Shown: positions 9,754 to 19,560 of the stretch, piece by piece
Layout: each line of letters opens with the position of its first letter
How positions within the stretch are numbered: position 1 is the first letter of the stretch
DNA from: a virus
Lineage: Duplodnaviria > Caudoviricetes
IMG/VR virus record: IMGVR_UViG_3300035099_000117
Span: 1 to 53,236 of that record
DNA length: 53,236 nt
Direction: 5' to 3' (one strand)
The notes under the pieces: generated by a model
The model's input: the letters and a program-made list of their open reading frames with translations, nothing else
Told to the model about the DNA's origin: nothing
Databases searched by the model: none
Program-made: the position numbers and the translations under genes

Positions 9754-10470
9754 CTAGATATTCCCCATCGCGATCTCGCCGATGTCCAACGCCGTGGCAC
9801 CCGCAGCCGGCATCTCACGCTCCTCGGCTCCCATCCGGGCAAACCCCGCGCGCCTGGCCGCCTCGCGCAATTCGTGACGCACGATGCCGATCATCTTGTC
9901 GTTCCACGGGCTGTATTCTTTGCCCAGTTCGGCGACTTTGAGCCAGTACAGGTCAAGGATCGGACGCTGCGGCATCCCCCGGCCCTTTTCCATCGGCTCC
10001 CAATGTTCCATCCATCCGATAAGCGGTTCTCCCTTGCGAGCTTTGAGGCGCTCCACGCGCTCATAGCTGCGCGGCGTCGCGTCTCCAAGCTTGATTCCCG
10101 TTCCAGTCTGATGAAAGAGCGCATAGGGCGACTCGCTTCCCCACTTCATGCGCTTGGGCTCGACCTCCTCGACATGGTCGGGACCCCCGATGAATGACAG
10201 TTGCAGCATTCCCGTCTGCTGGAGTATGGGCTTGCCGGGATAGAGTCTCCGCTTCAGGGTTGTCGGGGCCAGTTCGGCCCACTGCCTGCGGCCCTCGCCG
10301 CCCTGACTGCGGAATTGTCTGACGACGAACGGCATGAGAACTTCCGAAATCAGCCGCCGCCAGATCCTCGTCCAGTCGGTCATCTGCTCCTTGAATTTCT
10401 CGTGCCAGATCACATGGCTGCCTTTCTTGCCTTTGTAGTCCCAGTCGATCTTGAAATTCAGAACAGCCAT
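9754..10470 (-). CDS. Virion morphogenesis protein (Mu gpG / P2 S-like)
   Basis: WAELAPTT, ILQQTGMLQLS, YALFHQTG and MPQRPIL motifs characteristic of this family. Confidence 0.8.
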   Translation of the reverse strand: MAVLNFKIDWDYKGKKGSHVIWHEKFKEQMTDWTRIWRRLISEVLMPFVVRQFRSQGGEGRRQWAELAPTTLKRRLYPGKPILQQTGMLQLSFIGGPDHVEEVEPKRMKWGSESPYALFHQTGTGIKLGDATPRSYERVERLKARKGEPLIGWMEHWEPMEKGRGMPQRPILDLYWLKVAELGKEYSPWNDKMIGIVRHELREAARRAGFARMGAEEREMPAAGATALDIGEIAMGNI

Positions 10471-10471
10471 C

Positions 10472-10963
10472 TCAGTACTTGTTCGCCTTCCCGAAGGCCA
10501 CGTTCAAGCCCAGGCTCGAAGGCGTTGCGCCGACGAGCGTGTCGCCTCCCGCGTATCCTTGGAGCCGCGACGCGTTGCTGAACAGCGCATCGTAGAAGCC
10601 GCGCGCGATCTCCGTCAAGAGCTGCTGGTATTCGCGCATGGCCCGCGACGCCTCGCTCACCTCGCCAGCCTGAAGCGTCATGCTCGATTGCAGCGCATTG
10701 AGCACGTCGGCCAGCGCGCCCTTGATGTTCGCCTCGCGCAGCCAAGCCGTGGCTGCGGCCACCTGGTCGGCGGTCAACCCCATGCTGTTGAGCTTCGAGC
10801 CGTTCCAGCCGGGGTCGATGCCGCGATTCAGTAGCCGCGCGTAGATTTCTCCGGCGCGATTGTCGATCCACTGACCGATCTGCGCCGTGCTGGGATTGTT
10901 TGGCAAGTCCACCGTGAAGCGGGGAACCCGCGCCGTGACATCGGCGAGCACGCAGAAACCCAT
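10472..10963 (-). CDS. Head-tail adaptor (Mu gp36 / DUF1320-like)
   Basis: N-terminal FCVLADV, then I...AGEIYARL; downstream of the capsid gene. Confidence 0.6.
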   Translation of the reverse strand: MGFCVLADVTARVPRFTVDLPNNPSTAQIGQWIDNRAGEIYARLLNRGIDPGWNGSKLNSMGLTADQVAAATAWLREANIKGALADVLNALQSSMTLQAGEVSEASRAMREYQQLLTEIARGFYDALFSNASRLQGYAGGDTLVGATPSSLGLNVAFGKANKY

Positions 10964-10975
10964 CGTGAGCTCCGT

Positions 10976-11305
10976 TTAATCGCCGTAGGTTATGCCGATG
11001 CGAAACGCCGTCGGACCATTGACATCTACATGGATGTTCAAGACGACGTTGCCGGCAGCATCGACGCTCGGCGCGGCGCTCTCGTACCATCCACCCGTGG
11101 CTGCCGCGACGTACTTCGGAACGTCCACGAGCTTCGCCGATGCTCCCAGCAGCGGCGTGCCCGAACTCGTTCCGTCGCTGGTCAGGCTCACGGCATTGTC
11201 GGCAGCAGCCGTCAATCCGGTCATCGTCAGGATGGCCGACGCCAGCGGCACGCCGTCCTGACTCCGGCCCAGCTTGTAGTACGTCGCCGTGATCGCTATC
11301 GCCAT
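10976..11305 (-). CDS. Hypothetical virion protein
   Basis: 109 aa, beta-rich, AGGAGGG RBS. Confidence 0.6.
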   Translation of the reverse strand: MAIAITATYYKLGRSQDGVPLASAILTMTGLTAAADNAVSLTSDGTSSGTPLLGASAKLVDVPKYVAAATGGWYESAAPSVDAAGNVVLNIHVDVNGPTAFRIGITYGD

Positions 11306-11330
11306 CGCTCATGCCCTCCTGGGAGTCCAA

Positions 11331-11921
11331 CTATCCGATCGAGATATGCCGCGCGATCGCGCGCATCCGTTCCTCTTGCGCGGCTTGCCGTTCGGCCAAT
11401 TGCCGTATGGCCTCGTGCGGGTCGTCCGGGCCTTCCAAATTCCCGCGCGCCATGGCCAATTGTTCCTGACTGATGACGTCGATCAGGCCGCTCGGTACCG
11501 ACGGCGCTCCTGGGTCGATAGGCTCGATTTGTCCGTGGCGAAACTCCATGACCTGCTTCTCGGTCAGCCAGACCTCGCCGCTTAGGTCTATCGGAATAAG
11601 CCCGCCATGTCCGCCGGAGGGAACCATGCCGTTGATGCAGCCGGGGATCATCGCAACCGTGGTCGTAACCGCCTTGCCGTCAACAATCGTCTCGCGCGGC
11701 CAGTAGCAGATCTCCTCGTCGATTCCCCCGGCCAGCACCTGGCGGTTTCCGGAAACGTCCGTGCCCAACTTGCCTGGCGTACCGCGCACTACTAGATGTA
11801 TCGGTTTCAGAACGCGATAACGGAAGCGTTTGGGCTCCGTCACGACTGCCGGAGCCTTGCTGCCTGTAGCCGAGGGTGCCGCAAGGTTTTCTTCGATTGA
11901 ATCGATTGCTTTGCGCATCAT
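11331..11921 (-). CDS. Hypothetical protein
   Basis: 196 aa, AAAGGAG RBS, follows the capsid gene. Confidence 0.6.
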   Translation of the reverse strand: MMRKAIDSIEENLAAPSATGSKAPAVVTEPKRFRYRVLKPIHLVVRGTPGKLGTDVSGNRQVLAGGIDEEICYWPRETIVDGKAVTTTVAMIPGCINGMVPSGGHGGLIPIDLSGEVWLTEKQVMEFRHGQIEPIDPGAPSVPSGLIDVISQEQLAMARGNLEGPDDPHEAIRQLAERQAAQEERMRAIARHISIG

Positions 11922-11960
11922 GCGCGCTCCTTTCGATGTCTACGGTCTAACAGCAACGCG

Positions 11961-12923
11961 CTACGCGATGCAGTTCAGCCACAAATAGCCAGCCTGAGCC
12001 CGCACGAGCCGCACGTCCCAAAACGACCGGCACTCGATGAATTCGCCTTCGCGAATCTCCCAGCGATATCGGTACACCGCCGGGCCGCCTCCTGGAACCG
12101 TGTCCGAGAACCAATAGGAGTAGCCCAGGGCGGGCGTCCGCACCGCCGGGGTGTCCGGCACAAAGGCGAGCAGAGCGACCTTCGACCAGACGAAGTCGAG
12201 CGGCGAAGTGGCCGCGTTCACGCTCCCGAATTTTCCGCTGGCGTATCCCGCAGAAGCGTCGTACAGCGCATTCAGGATCACCACCTCGCCCACGTCGAAC
12301 AGTCCGGCGAGGATGTCCGGCGTGATGACGCCGCGTTGGGTGTACTTGATACGGTCGAGGATCTTCGGGTGATTCTTCAGCGCGATGAACGTGTCGTAGC
12401 CGAGGCCGAGCTTGCTGGCCTCGCGCGTCGCCCCCTTCAAGATCGTCGGCTTCTGGGCCTCGATGGCCGCTATCGGATCCGAGTTCACGTAGTCCGACCA
12501 CTGGTTCGGCCCCGAAAGGGTCGCGCTGGTCACGCCAGACGTGATCAGATTGAACGCGGCGAATTCCAGGTCGAGCCAGATGATCTCGGTGACCTCGTTC
12601 GTCGTCGTGACGTCGACCTCGAAGCCCGGCAGATTCGATGCCTTGCGCTCCGTGTCCGACACCAGCTTCTTGATGTAGTGCGGCGCGCACAGGTAGGCGT
12701 CCAAGATGATGTTCGAGCGAATCATCTCCCGCGCCTCGCCGCCGGGAAAGTACGCCGTGTTGTAGCGGTGAAACCGCTCGAAGCCCGCCTTCGGAATCCG
12801 TCCGCTGATCGTCGGCACGGGCACGCGCGGCAAGAACTTCTGCGCGGCCAGGCCCGGCTGCGTGAACTCCACGGACACGTTGCTCAGAATTTGATCTGGA
12901 TAGATCGCTGGCGTTGCTCCCAC
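11961..12923 (-). CDS. Major capsid protein (HK97 fold, capsid E-like family)
   Basis: 320 aa, GTG start with GGAGG RBS; DQILSNVSV, QWSDYVNSDPI, LKNHPKILDRIKYT and AGYLWLNCIA motifs. Confidence 0.9.
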   Translation of the reverse strand: MGATPAIYPDQILSNVSVEFTQPGLAAQKFLPRVPVPTISGRIPKAGFERFHRYNTAYFPGGEAREMIRSNIILDAYLCAPHYIKKLVSDTERKASNLPGFEVDVTTTNEVTEIIWLDLEFAAFNLITSGVTSATLSGPNQWSDYVNSDPIAAIEAQKPTILKGATREASKLGLGYDTFIALKNHPKILDRIKYTQRGVITPDILAGLFDVGEVVILNALYDASAGYASGKFGSVNAATSPLDFVWSKVALLAFVPDTPAVRTPALGYSYWFSDTVPGGGPAVYRYRWEIREGEFIECRSFWDVRLVRAQAGYLWLNCIA

Positions 12924-13011
12924 GATACACCTCCACTACTGAATAAGCCCTGTTTGTTGCTCAGGGTACTGTTTCTTACCCTCTTTCATTCTTCACTCAC
13001 TCAGCCGCCGT

Positions 13012-13530
13012 CTAGTAGTGCGACGGCGCGAAGTCGAGCAGCACTTCCGTGAAGCCGTTCGCGACGCCCGGCGTCTGCGCGATGCCCACGGGGTAGATCG
13101 CGTCGCCTGGATTCAGCGGGATCGACGCCGCCAGGTTCGCCAAGCTGTCCACGCGTCCGTAGGCGTCGGCGATGAGCACGACGACGCCCGCCGCGAACGT
13201 TCCCGCCGCGATGCACAAGGCCACGTCGCCCGTCACGGCCCCGAGTATCGGCTTGCCAACGCCTTCGCCCGCATACGCGCCAGCCCAGGCCACGCCGTTC
13301 ACCGTCGTCGGGTCGTCGCCCGTGGCGTAGCCCGCATACACGATGGGCGGCTCGAAGAAGTTCAGCAGCGTGACGCACTTGACCGGTCCGGCATTCGCCC
13401 CCGTCGGCAGCTTGACGTATTGTTCACTGAACGTGGAGGCGTGCGTGGTGCCGAACACCAGCGCCGTGTGCGCCACGATGCGCACGCTCGCGTCGCTCAG
13501 AAACGGAACCCCAGAAGGTGATGTGGCCAT
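13012..13530 (-). CDS. Head decoration / capsid cement protein
   Basis: 172 aa Gly/Ala/Val-rich protein between the protease-scaffold and capsid genes; GDVALCIAAG...VGIAQT pattern. Confidence 0.65.
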   Translation of the reverse strand: MATSPSGVPFLSDASVRIVAHTALVFGTTHASTFSEQYVKLPTGANAGPVKCVTLLNFFEPPIVYAGYATGDDPTTVNGVAWAGAYAGEGVGKPILGAVTGDVALCIAAGTFAAGVVVLIADAYGRVDSLANLAASIPLNPGDAIYPVGIAQTPGVANGFTEVLLDFAPSHY

Positions 13531-13586
13531 TGCTTTTTCTCCTCTTCGTCATTTCGCCGCCGTCGCTCTGCCGAAGGCGGCGGTCG

Positions 13587-15830
13587 TCACTGCACGAATG
13601 TCACCGGGTGCTTCGCGGCACCGACGCCTGCGGCTTTCTGCTCGACATCGACCCGTTTCGCCAGCTCGGGCTCCGCCGCGCGCACGCTGATCATCGCCTC
13701 GCCCAGATTCAGAACCCGGCCGTTCTTCTTGCTGTCCTCGATGAGCTTGTGCGCCTTGGTCTTCAGCTCTTCCGTCGCGGTCAACACGAAACCGTCCGCA
13801 CCGGGAACGACGCCGACCGATTCCAGGTCGATGCGCGGCAAGGTCGCCGAGAGCCAAGCCGCGAACTCCTGCGGGCGCTCCAGGGCCTCGCGGAGATAGA
13901 AGGCGGCCTCGCGCGGCAGGATCTTGCCCTGACTGATCCCGTTCTCGATCCGTCTGCGTGCCTGCGTGATGCGCATGTAGTCTGCCATCGAGAGCTTGTT
14001 CTGCCCGGCGAGTTCCGTCATGCGCGCCTCGAACGCGTCCGGTGTGCGAAGCGCGCCCTGGTTCGTCACGCTCTCCTTCAGCAGCAGCGTGTTCGTCGCG
14101 GCTATGCGCGCCGCGTCGTCCGCTTTGCGCCCTGCGTCGATGAACCGGCGCACGTCAGCCAGCTTCACGCCCCGCGCGTCGAGCTTGGCGGAGAGCTTCG
14201 GCGGCAGTTCCTTGTCGTCGTCCGGCTCGCCATCGTCCGGCTCGCCATCGCCGCCGGCGCGTTTCCAAGGAGGGAACTTTCCCAGGCATTCTTTCAGCTT
14301 CTTGGCGAACACGCCGTCTCCAGCATCGCCTTCGCCCTCCAGCCGGCGCATCACCTCGTCCAGCACGTCTTCGGCATCGAGCCGTTTCAAGCCCTCGGCA
14401 TCGAGACGCTTGAGCGCCTCGGCATCCAGTCCGGCGTCTTCCAGGGCGTCCAGCATGTCATCGGCCTCCAGCTCGCCCAAGGCCTCGCCGTCCTCGCCGT
14501 GGACGCGGAACTTCTTCAGCGCCTCGCCGTCCTCGCCCTCCATGCGCCGCAACTCAAGCTTCTTCATCACATCTGCGGCGCTCTCTTGCGCGCGCACCAG
14601 TTTTGTTTTCTTCGACATGTCTTCCTCCAAGATGAGCGAATCGCGGCTTTCCGTGAGCCGCAGGGAGACCAGGGCTCCCGCCGGCTGCGGCGGGAACCCC
14701 AGGCTCGCGTTGTAGTCCGTGTCAGACACTTCGATTTCCGGCAGTTCCCTGAGGAATGGACGGTTCGTCAGCGCGCCAGCCTTCAGGCGCGTGCCCCGCT
14801 TCTCCCCGGTCTCGTCCGTGCTGTCGAATTCCAGCTCCGGCGAGAAATGCGTGTACTCCTTCGCTTTGACGAAGGCCAGCGCGCGCGGCGTCGGCTCCCA
14901 GAAGGCCCACAGCGCCTGGCGACCGTCTTTGAACGGCTTGATCTCGGCCCCTTCGGCCAGAATCTTGCCGCTTTTGATGTCGTTTCCCGGCGGCGCATCC
15001 TCCTTCGCCGACCAGTGGCCGTAATCCGTCGGGACTTGGCCGTCCTTCTTCAGATTGCGAAGCGTCTGTTCTAAGTCGTCTGCGCTGATCGTGAATTCAC
15101 GGCCATCCTTCGAGAACGTCTTTCCGGTCGGCGTGGTGTAGGCGATCATGATCTTGATCTTGCCGTCGCGGACTTCGGAGAATTCCAGCGGCTCCCGCAT
15201 GTACTTTTTCTCGAACCCGCTCGTGTCGATTTTGTATTGCTTGGCCTTGCGCAGGATCTTGCGCTTCACCGCCTGCTTCGCGCCCGACGGCAGGTCTGCT
15301 TGATTGTAGCGCGCCAGGGCGTTCCTCGTGCGCGATTCCGTGTCGATAGGCAGCTTCCATTCGCTCGGCCCGCTTCCCGGCGGCGCGTAGGCAAAATCCG
15401 AGCGGTGCACGCGCTTCCCGCCGACCGTGGCGTAGTCCTTGTCGTCGCTCGCCTCGATCAGCTCTTCATCGTAGCCCTCGTCTGCCAGCCGCGCGACGAG
15501 CGTGTCCAGCGTGGCCGTGTCGTCCAGCTCCACGGATTCGTCGGCGTCGAATCGGTCGTCCTCGCGCCCCTTGATCGTGATCGTGCGGAAGCTGTTCCTC
15601 TTGAATTCGCTCGGCTCGGACTGCCGCGCGCGGTAGCTGTCTCCCGTGGCGTCAAGTGCTGAAGCCTTCTTGTGCTTCTTCAGCCAAGCCTTGACTTCGT
15701 CGGGAGTCCACGCAGACTTCGGCGCGAAGATGTAGGACTGAATCTCGGTTGCGTCTTTGCCCGGACGCTTGCCGATGACCGCAGAAATCTTCTTCTGCCC
15801 GCCCGCAGCTTCAAGTGCGTTCGTCGCCAT
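13587..15830 (-). CDS. Prohead protease (Mu gpI-like) plus scaffold, with N-terminal accessory domains
   Basis: VPTDYGH, WEPTPRA...EYTHFSPE and GALTNRPFLRELPEI protease motifs; acidic coiled-coil C-terminal scaffold. Confidence 0.85.
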   Translation of the reverse strand: MATNALEAAGGQKKISAVIGKRPGKDATEIQSYIFAPKSAWTPDEVKAWLKKHKKASALDATGDSYRARQSEPSEFKRNSFRTITIKGREDDRFDADESVELDDTATLDTLVARLADEGYDEELIEASDDKDYATVGGKRVHRSDFAYAPPGSGPSEWKLPIDTESRTRNALARYNQADLPSGAKQAVKRKILRKAKQYKIDTSGFEKKYMREPLEFSEVRDGKIKIMIAYTTPTGKTFSKDGREFTISADDLEQTLRNLKKDGQVPTDYGHWSAKEDAPPGNDIKSGKILAEGAEIKPFKDGRQALWAFWEPTPRALAFVKAKEYTHFSPELEFDSTDETGEKRGTRLKAGALTNRPFLRELPEIEVSDTDYNASLGFPPQPAGALVSLRLTESRDSLILEEDMSKKTKLVRAQESAADVMKKLELRRMEGEDGEALKKFRVHGEDGEALGELEADDMLDALEDAGLDAEALKRLDAEGLKRLDAEDVLDEVMRRLEGEGDAGDGVFAKKLKECLGKFPPWKRAGGDGEPDDGEPDDDKELPPKLSAKLDARGVKLADVRRFIDAGRKADDAARIAATNTLLLKESVTNQGALRTPDAFEARMTELAGQNKLSMADYMRITQARRRIENGISQGKILPREAAFYLREALERPQEFAAWLSATLPRIDLESVGVVPGADGFVLTATEELKTKAHKLIEDSKKNGRVLNLGEAMISVRAAEPELAKRVDVEQKAAGVGAAKHPVTFVQ

Positions 15831-15878
15831 GCTGGTTGCAAGGATTATTCAATCCCGTGGCGGATGTCAAAAGTAAAA

Positions 15879-16085
15879 TCACCTAATTTCGCCGGAGCGG
15901 GAAAAGCTGGAATGGCGGTCGAGCTTGGCGAGCCGCTGCCAGTTGGAGGGAACCTCGGAGTCGATGATTTCTTTCGTGGCGAACTGGCCGCACTTCGGAC
16001 ATTCGCGCAGGCGCGCTTGCATGGCGCGCCCGTTGCGCGAATCAATGACGTGCGCCCTGCGAAGATGGCAGTAAGGACAAAGCAT
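15879..16085 (-). CDS. Zinc-ribbon protein (NrdR-N / Ogr-Delta-like), possible late regulator
   Basis: MLCPYC...VIDSR...RLRECPKCGQFATKE. Confidence 0.7.
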   Translation of the reverse strand: MLCPYCHLRRAHVIDSRNGRAMQARLRECPKCGQFATKEIIDSEVPSNWQRLAKLDRHSSFSRSGEIR

Positions 16086-16086
16086 T

Positions 16087-16404
16087 TTACAGCTCGACAA
16101 CGCTTAGATCCGCGTCAGCCTCATATCGTTCGCCCCCGGAGGCCACAACCCTGACCGTGACTCTGTGCCGCGCGCCGTTCGTGCCGTTTTGAACTCGGAA
16201 ACAGACCTTCGTTCCGACGACCGTTGGCGCAGGAATGCTCGCGATGACCACGCTGGTTGAATCCTGCTGCGTGGCCAAATCCTTGGCCGTTACGCCTCCG
16301 CCAGTCAATGAAATCGTCTCTCCGGCCTTTACGAGATTGACGAAGTCGATTGAAGCGTCGAGCTGCTCGAACGGCTGCTTCACGATTACGCCCACTACGT
16401 CCAT
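16087..16404 (-). CDS. Fibre adaptor-like Ig-fold protein
   Basis: KQPFEQLDASIDF...GETI...VCFRVQNGTNGARHRVTVRV; a family common next to phage fibre genes. Confidence 0.6.
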   Translation of the reverse strand: MDVVGVIVKQPFEQLDASIDFVNLVKAGETISLTGGGVTAKDLATQQDSTSVVIASIPAPTVVGTKVCFRVQNGTNGARHRVTVRVVASGGERYEADADLSVVEL

Positions 16405-16405
16405 G

Positions 16406-18388
16406 TCACACCTTGAAGTCGCGTGCGATTCGGCCTTTCTGAAAGTCTCTCTCGCATCGTGATCTGCTGAAATCGCGGAGGCGCTGCGGAGCGGCGAAGG
16501 CGTGCTCCGGCAAGACGTGAAACGACGGTGGCGCGCCTTCTATCGCCCCGGTTGCCGTTAGAAGGCCCTCTCCCCCGAGCGCAATCTTGCCTGCCCAATC
16601 CAGCCGGGCCGCGACGACAACCGTTCCTTCGCCGCTCAGAGCAGTAGCGCCCTGATGAAGGTAAGTGCCGACGGCGACAAGGGTTCCGTTTCCGCTCAGC
16701 GCGCTGGCGCCGGCATGGAGATAGCTTCCGACGGCGGCCAGCGTTCCTTGGCCGCCCAAGGCGGCTGCGCCGAAAACTTCTGGGCCAACTGAGCCCCTCG
16801 CGGCTAGGACACCTTCGCCGGTGAAAGCAGCCTTGCCCGCCCAAGCCACTCGCGGCGCGGCGAGAATGGTTCCTTGACCATTCAGCGCCGACTGCGCGGC
16901 GTAGACATGCGCGCCGGTGGCAACGACTATGCCCTCACCGCTTAGAATAGCAGTGCCTTGGTGAAGATAAGTGCCGAGGGCAATCAGCGTTCCATTTCCG
17001 GTCAGCGACGTGGCAGCAGCGTGGAAATAACTCGCAACGGCTGTCAGTGTTCCCTGTCCGCTTAAGGTCGCTGCCCCCCCGCAGGTGACTGCGCCGACCG
17101 CTGCTACGATTCCCTCGCCGCTCAGAATGGCGGCACCATGCTGAAGGTAGGTGCCAGCGGCAGTAAGCGTCCCTTCGCCACTCAGCGCTGATCGTGCCGA
17201 ATAAAGGCGTGCTCCGGCAGCGGCAACTATGCCCTCGCCATTGAGTGCGGCGGCGCCCTGGTGAATATAGGAGCCGACAGCAGCAAGTGTTCCCTGTCCG
17301 CCGAGGGCCGCAGCGCCAGAGACTTCCCCGCCAGCCGTGGTCCCCCAAGAAGGCCATACTATTCCATCACTACCAGATCCAACTATCAGTCCAGTGACAA
17401 CGTGGAGTTTCCGGCTGACTTGGGGCTTCTGCCATAGGGTTGTCCCCCCGATTAAAACGCCAGCACTTCCAGGGGCTTCTACAACCGTGCCAGTTGCTGT
17501 GATGGTTCCTTCCCCGGTCAAAGCGGCGGCACCGCTCCGATCACAAGCGCCAGCAGCCGCTACAGTGCCGCTGCCGCTGAGAGCCAATGCCCCGGCGAGG
17601 ATGCAACTGCCAACAGCCGCAAGAACGCCGGAACCGAGGAGGGCTGAAACTCCTTTCCAAATCGCGGCCCCAATCGCCGCCAGGGTGCCCACGCCGCTCA
17701 AGGCGGCAGCGCCAGAAACTACCGGCGGGGCAGGCTTGAGCGCAATGGTGCCTAAAATCTTGGTCTGGGTGGTGTTGGAGGCGTAGGTCAGCGTCGTGGC
17801 TCCCGTGGCTCCGGCAGCCGCCTTTCCGCCGTAGGCGACATAGATGCCACCACCGCCTCCCTGGGTGGTGCCGCCATCGGCTCCCTCCGTGATAGACGGG
17901 TTCGCCAGATTCGCGTTCGTCCAACCAGAAGCGCGGGCGCTGGCGTTGTCTCGGGAGTCACAGCCGAAAACCACAATCAGGCAGTCGGCAACGGTGGTCG
18001 TCACATCGTTCGCGGAGAGTGCCGTCACGGTGTTATCGACCTGATTCGTGCCCGAGTTTGTGGCATCCCAGGGATCGCCGTTGGTGATGCATTGGTAGAA
18101 AGCCAGGATAATCGCCCATTTGTGGTCGGAGCCGCCCGTAACGGTCGGCGCGGTTTCTGAAGCCGCGGCGCGTTTCCAGAAAACGTTGAGCGAGGTCGGC
18201 GCGGTGCTCCCCAGACTGATCGGGAAGCCAGAAACCGCCGCGTAGCCCGAGGGCGCATCGACGGCGGCGTTTGATTCGACAAACAGCAGGAAGATGTCGT
18301 CCGCCTGATAGCCTGAAGGCAATCCTGGCGTGACATCGCCCGTGCCGCCCGCGCCCGTCCCTGCCCCTCTGAATAGTGGTATCGCCAT
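16406..18388 (-). CDS. Fibre protein with about 21-aa GAAALSGxGTLxAxG repeats
   Basis: 660 aa; N-terminal beta domain followed by more than 12 tandem repeats visible in the translation. Confidence 0.75.
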   Translation of the reverse strand: MAIPLFRGAGTGAGGTGDVTPGLPSGYQADDIFLLFVESNAAVDAPSGYAAVSGFPISLGSTAPTSLNVFWKRAAASETAPTVTGGSDHKWAIILAFYQCITNGDPWDATNSGTNQVDNTVTALSANDVTTTVADCLIVVFGCDSRDNASARASGWTNANLANPSITEGADGGTTQGGGGGIYVAYGGKAAAGATGATTLTYASNTTQTKILGTIALKPAPPVVSGAAALSGVGTLAAIGAAIWKGVSALLGSGVLAAVGSCILAGALALSGSGTVAAAGACDRSGAAALTGEGTITATGTVVEAPGSAGVLIGGTTLWQKPQVSRKLHVVTGLIVGSGSDGIVWPSWGTTAGGEVSGAAALGGQGTLAAVGSYIHQGAAALNGEGIVAAAGARLYSARSALSGEGTLTAAGTYLQHGAAILSGEGIVAAVGAVTCGGAATLSGQGTLTAVASYFHAAATSLTGNGTLIALGTYLHQGTAILSGEGIVVATGAHVYAAQSALNGQGTILAAPRVAWAGKAAFTGEGVLAARGSVGPEVFGAAALGGQGTLAAVGSYLHAGASALSGNGTLVAVGTYLHQGATALSGEGTVVVAARLDWAGKIALGGEGLLTATGAIEGAPPSFHVLPEHAFAAPQRLRDFSRSRCERDFQKGRIARDFKV

Positions 18389-18491
18389 CGCGTCAGCCTG
18401 TCATCCCGAAGGTCAGCGAACTCAGGTGCCCAACTTGAAAATCCTGTTGGCACCAGTGTTCCACTTTGAAGGTTGGCAGAGCCATCGGATC

Positions 18492-18911
18492 CTACGCAAG
18501 GCTGATGTCGAGGTCCCCCACGTTGAACTTGAACGTATCGCCGGAGTTCACGGTCTTCGGGGTGGTTAAGGCCCCGTAAAACAGGCAATTCCCTGCCCCC
18601 GAAGCGGTGTCCACAATCATCACGTCGGTGATGGTTCCCCAATTGGCCGTGGCCTGCGGGAAGGTGATCGCGTTCACGTTGTCGATCAACCCGGCTGCGC
18701 CCGGCGCAGTCCAGTTGGCATCGGATTGCGCGACTTGCTGCCGAGCGTAACTGCCGCCGGAGACTTCACCCGGCGTGCTGCCCGTCGCGGTGTCATCGAG
18801 CGTGGCTGTCCACAGGCCGATGTAAATGGCCGAGGGTTTCCACGCCGTCTGGCTCCGAAAGAGGAGGTTCAAGAGCTGAGCCTCAAGGTAATCGCTTAGA
18901 TTGTTCGCCAT
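18492..18911 (-). CDS. Conserved phage fibre-associated protein
   Basis: SDYLEAQLL...YIGLWTA...EVSGGSYARQ...ITFPQATANWGTIT...GNCLFYGAL, a widespread phage structural family. Confidence 0.75.
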   Translation of the reverse strand: MANNLSDYLEAQLLNLLFRSQTAWKPSAIYIGLWTATLDDTATGSTPGEVSGGSYARQQVAQSDANWTAPGAAGLIDNVNAITFPQATANWGTITDVMIVDTASGAGNCLFYGALTTPKTVNSGDTFKFNVGDLDISLA

Positions 18912-18920
18912 GATCTTCTC

Positions 18921-19559
18921 CTATGGTGCTGTCACTAAGGTCACCAGCGTATCGTCACACCCGGTTGCGGTGCAACGCAGAGTAATTACGTTTCCGTTCA
19001 GATCGCCCGCGCCGAAATCTACTCGGTAGATTCCGTTTGCAACTTCCGCCACGTTTGCCAGAGTGCCCGCGGCGAAGGCTCCACCGTCAATCGAACGCGC
19101 GCAGGTTACGGTCTTGCCGGTTACTGGCTGGTGGTTGGTAGAATCCGTCATCAGGAACTCAAAATTGGCTAGGGCCTGGTTCTTTTTAATGTTCGAGGCG
19201 ATCGGTACATCATCCAACTGGATTTCGAGGGGCAGCATAGCGATTCCAGCGCCTTTGATGTGAAAGTTGACCCAACCTGCGCCTGGAGCCAACGCTGCAT
19301 TTGGTAATCCAAGCTCATAGAACCCCGGTTGATTAGTGCCATCCTTTTCAACAAATCCACCAGAAGTCCACGTCCCGCGTGTGGCAGCGACCAGGGAGAC
19401 GGCCGTGCCCCCGACATCCCCGTCATCTTCTCGGCAGTAGTAGCAAGTCACGCTGGTGTTGGTCAATCCAGTCTTGCCTGCGCCGGTGGTTGAGGTAGAG
19501 TCTTGGATGAACACCATCACGCGCTTCGACGTTGTGCCTTTTTTGATAGCTAGCTTCAC
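18921..19559 (-). CDS. Virion protein with two tandem Ig-like domains
   Basis: Internal duplication (IKKGTT..FIQDST..GKTG..GFYEL / IKKNQA..FLMTDST..PVTG..GIYRV). Confidence 0.65.
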   Translation of the reverse strand: MKLAIKKGTTSKRVMVFIQDSTSTTGAGKTGLTNTSVTCYYCREDDGDVGGTAVSLVAATRGTWTSGGFVEKDGTNQPGFYELGLPNAALAPGAGWVNFHIKGAGIAMLPLEIQLDDVPIASNIKKNQALANFEFLMTDSTNHQPVTGKTVTCARSIDGGAFAAGTLANVAEVANGIYRVDFGAGDLNGNVITLRCTATGCDDTLVTLVTAP

Positions 19560-19560
19560 G

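Noticed and set aside
13518-15074. Long plus-strand ORFs (this one and others such as 1394-2350, 2833-3741, 27593-28597)
   Set aside because: Antisense shadows of GC3-rich minus-strand genes, with no RBS or recognisable motifs.
15551-15568. Near match to a unit 5 target (CGGTCGTCCTCGCGCC)
   Set aside because: Requires two deletions relative to revcomp(B)+A; likely chance in GC-rich DNA.
15844-15870. Promoter TTGACA...AATAAT before the protease gene
   Set aside because: The spacer is only 15 nt; plausible if activator-dependent, but not supported.
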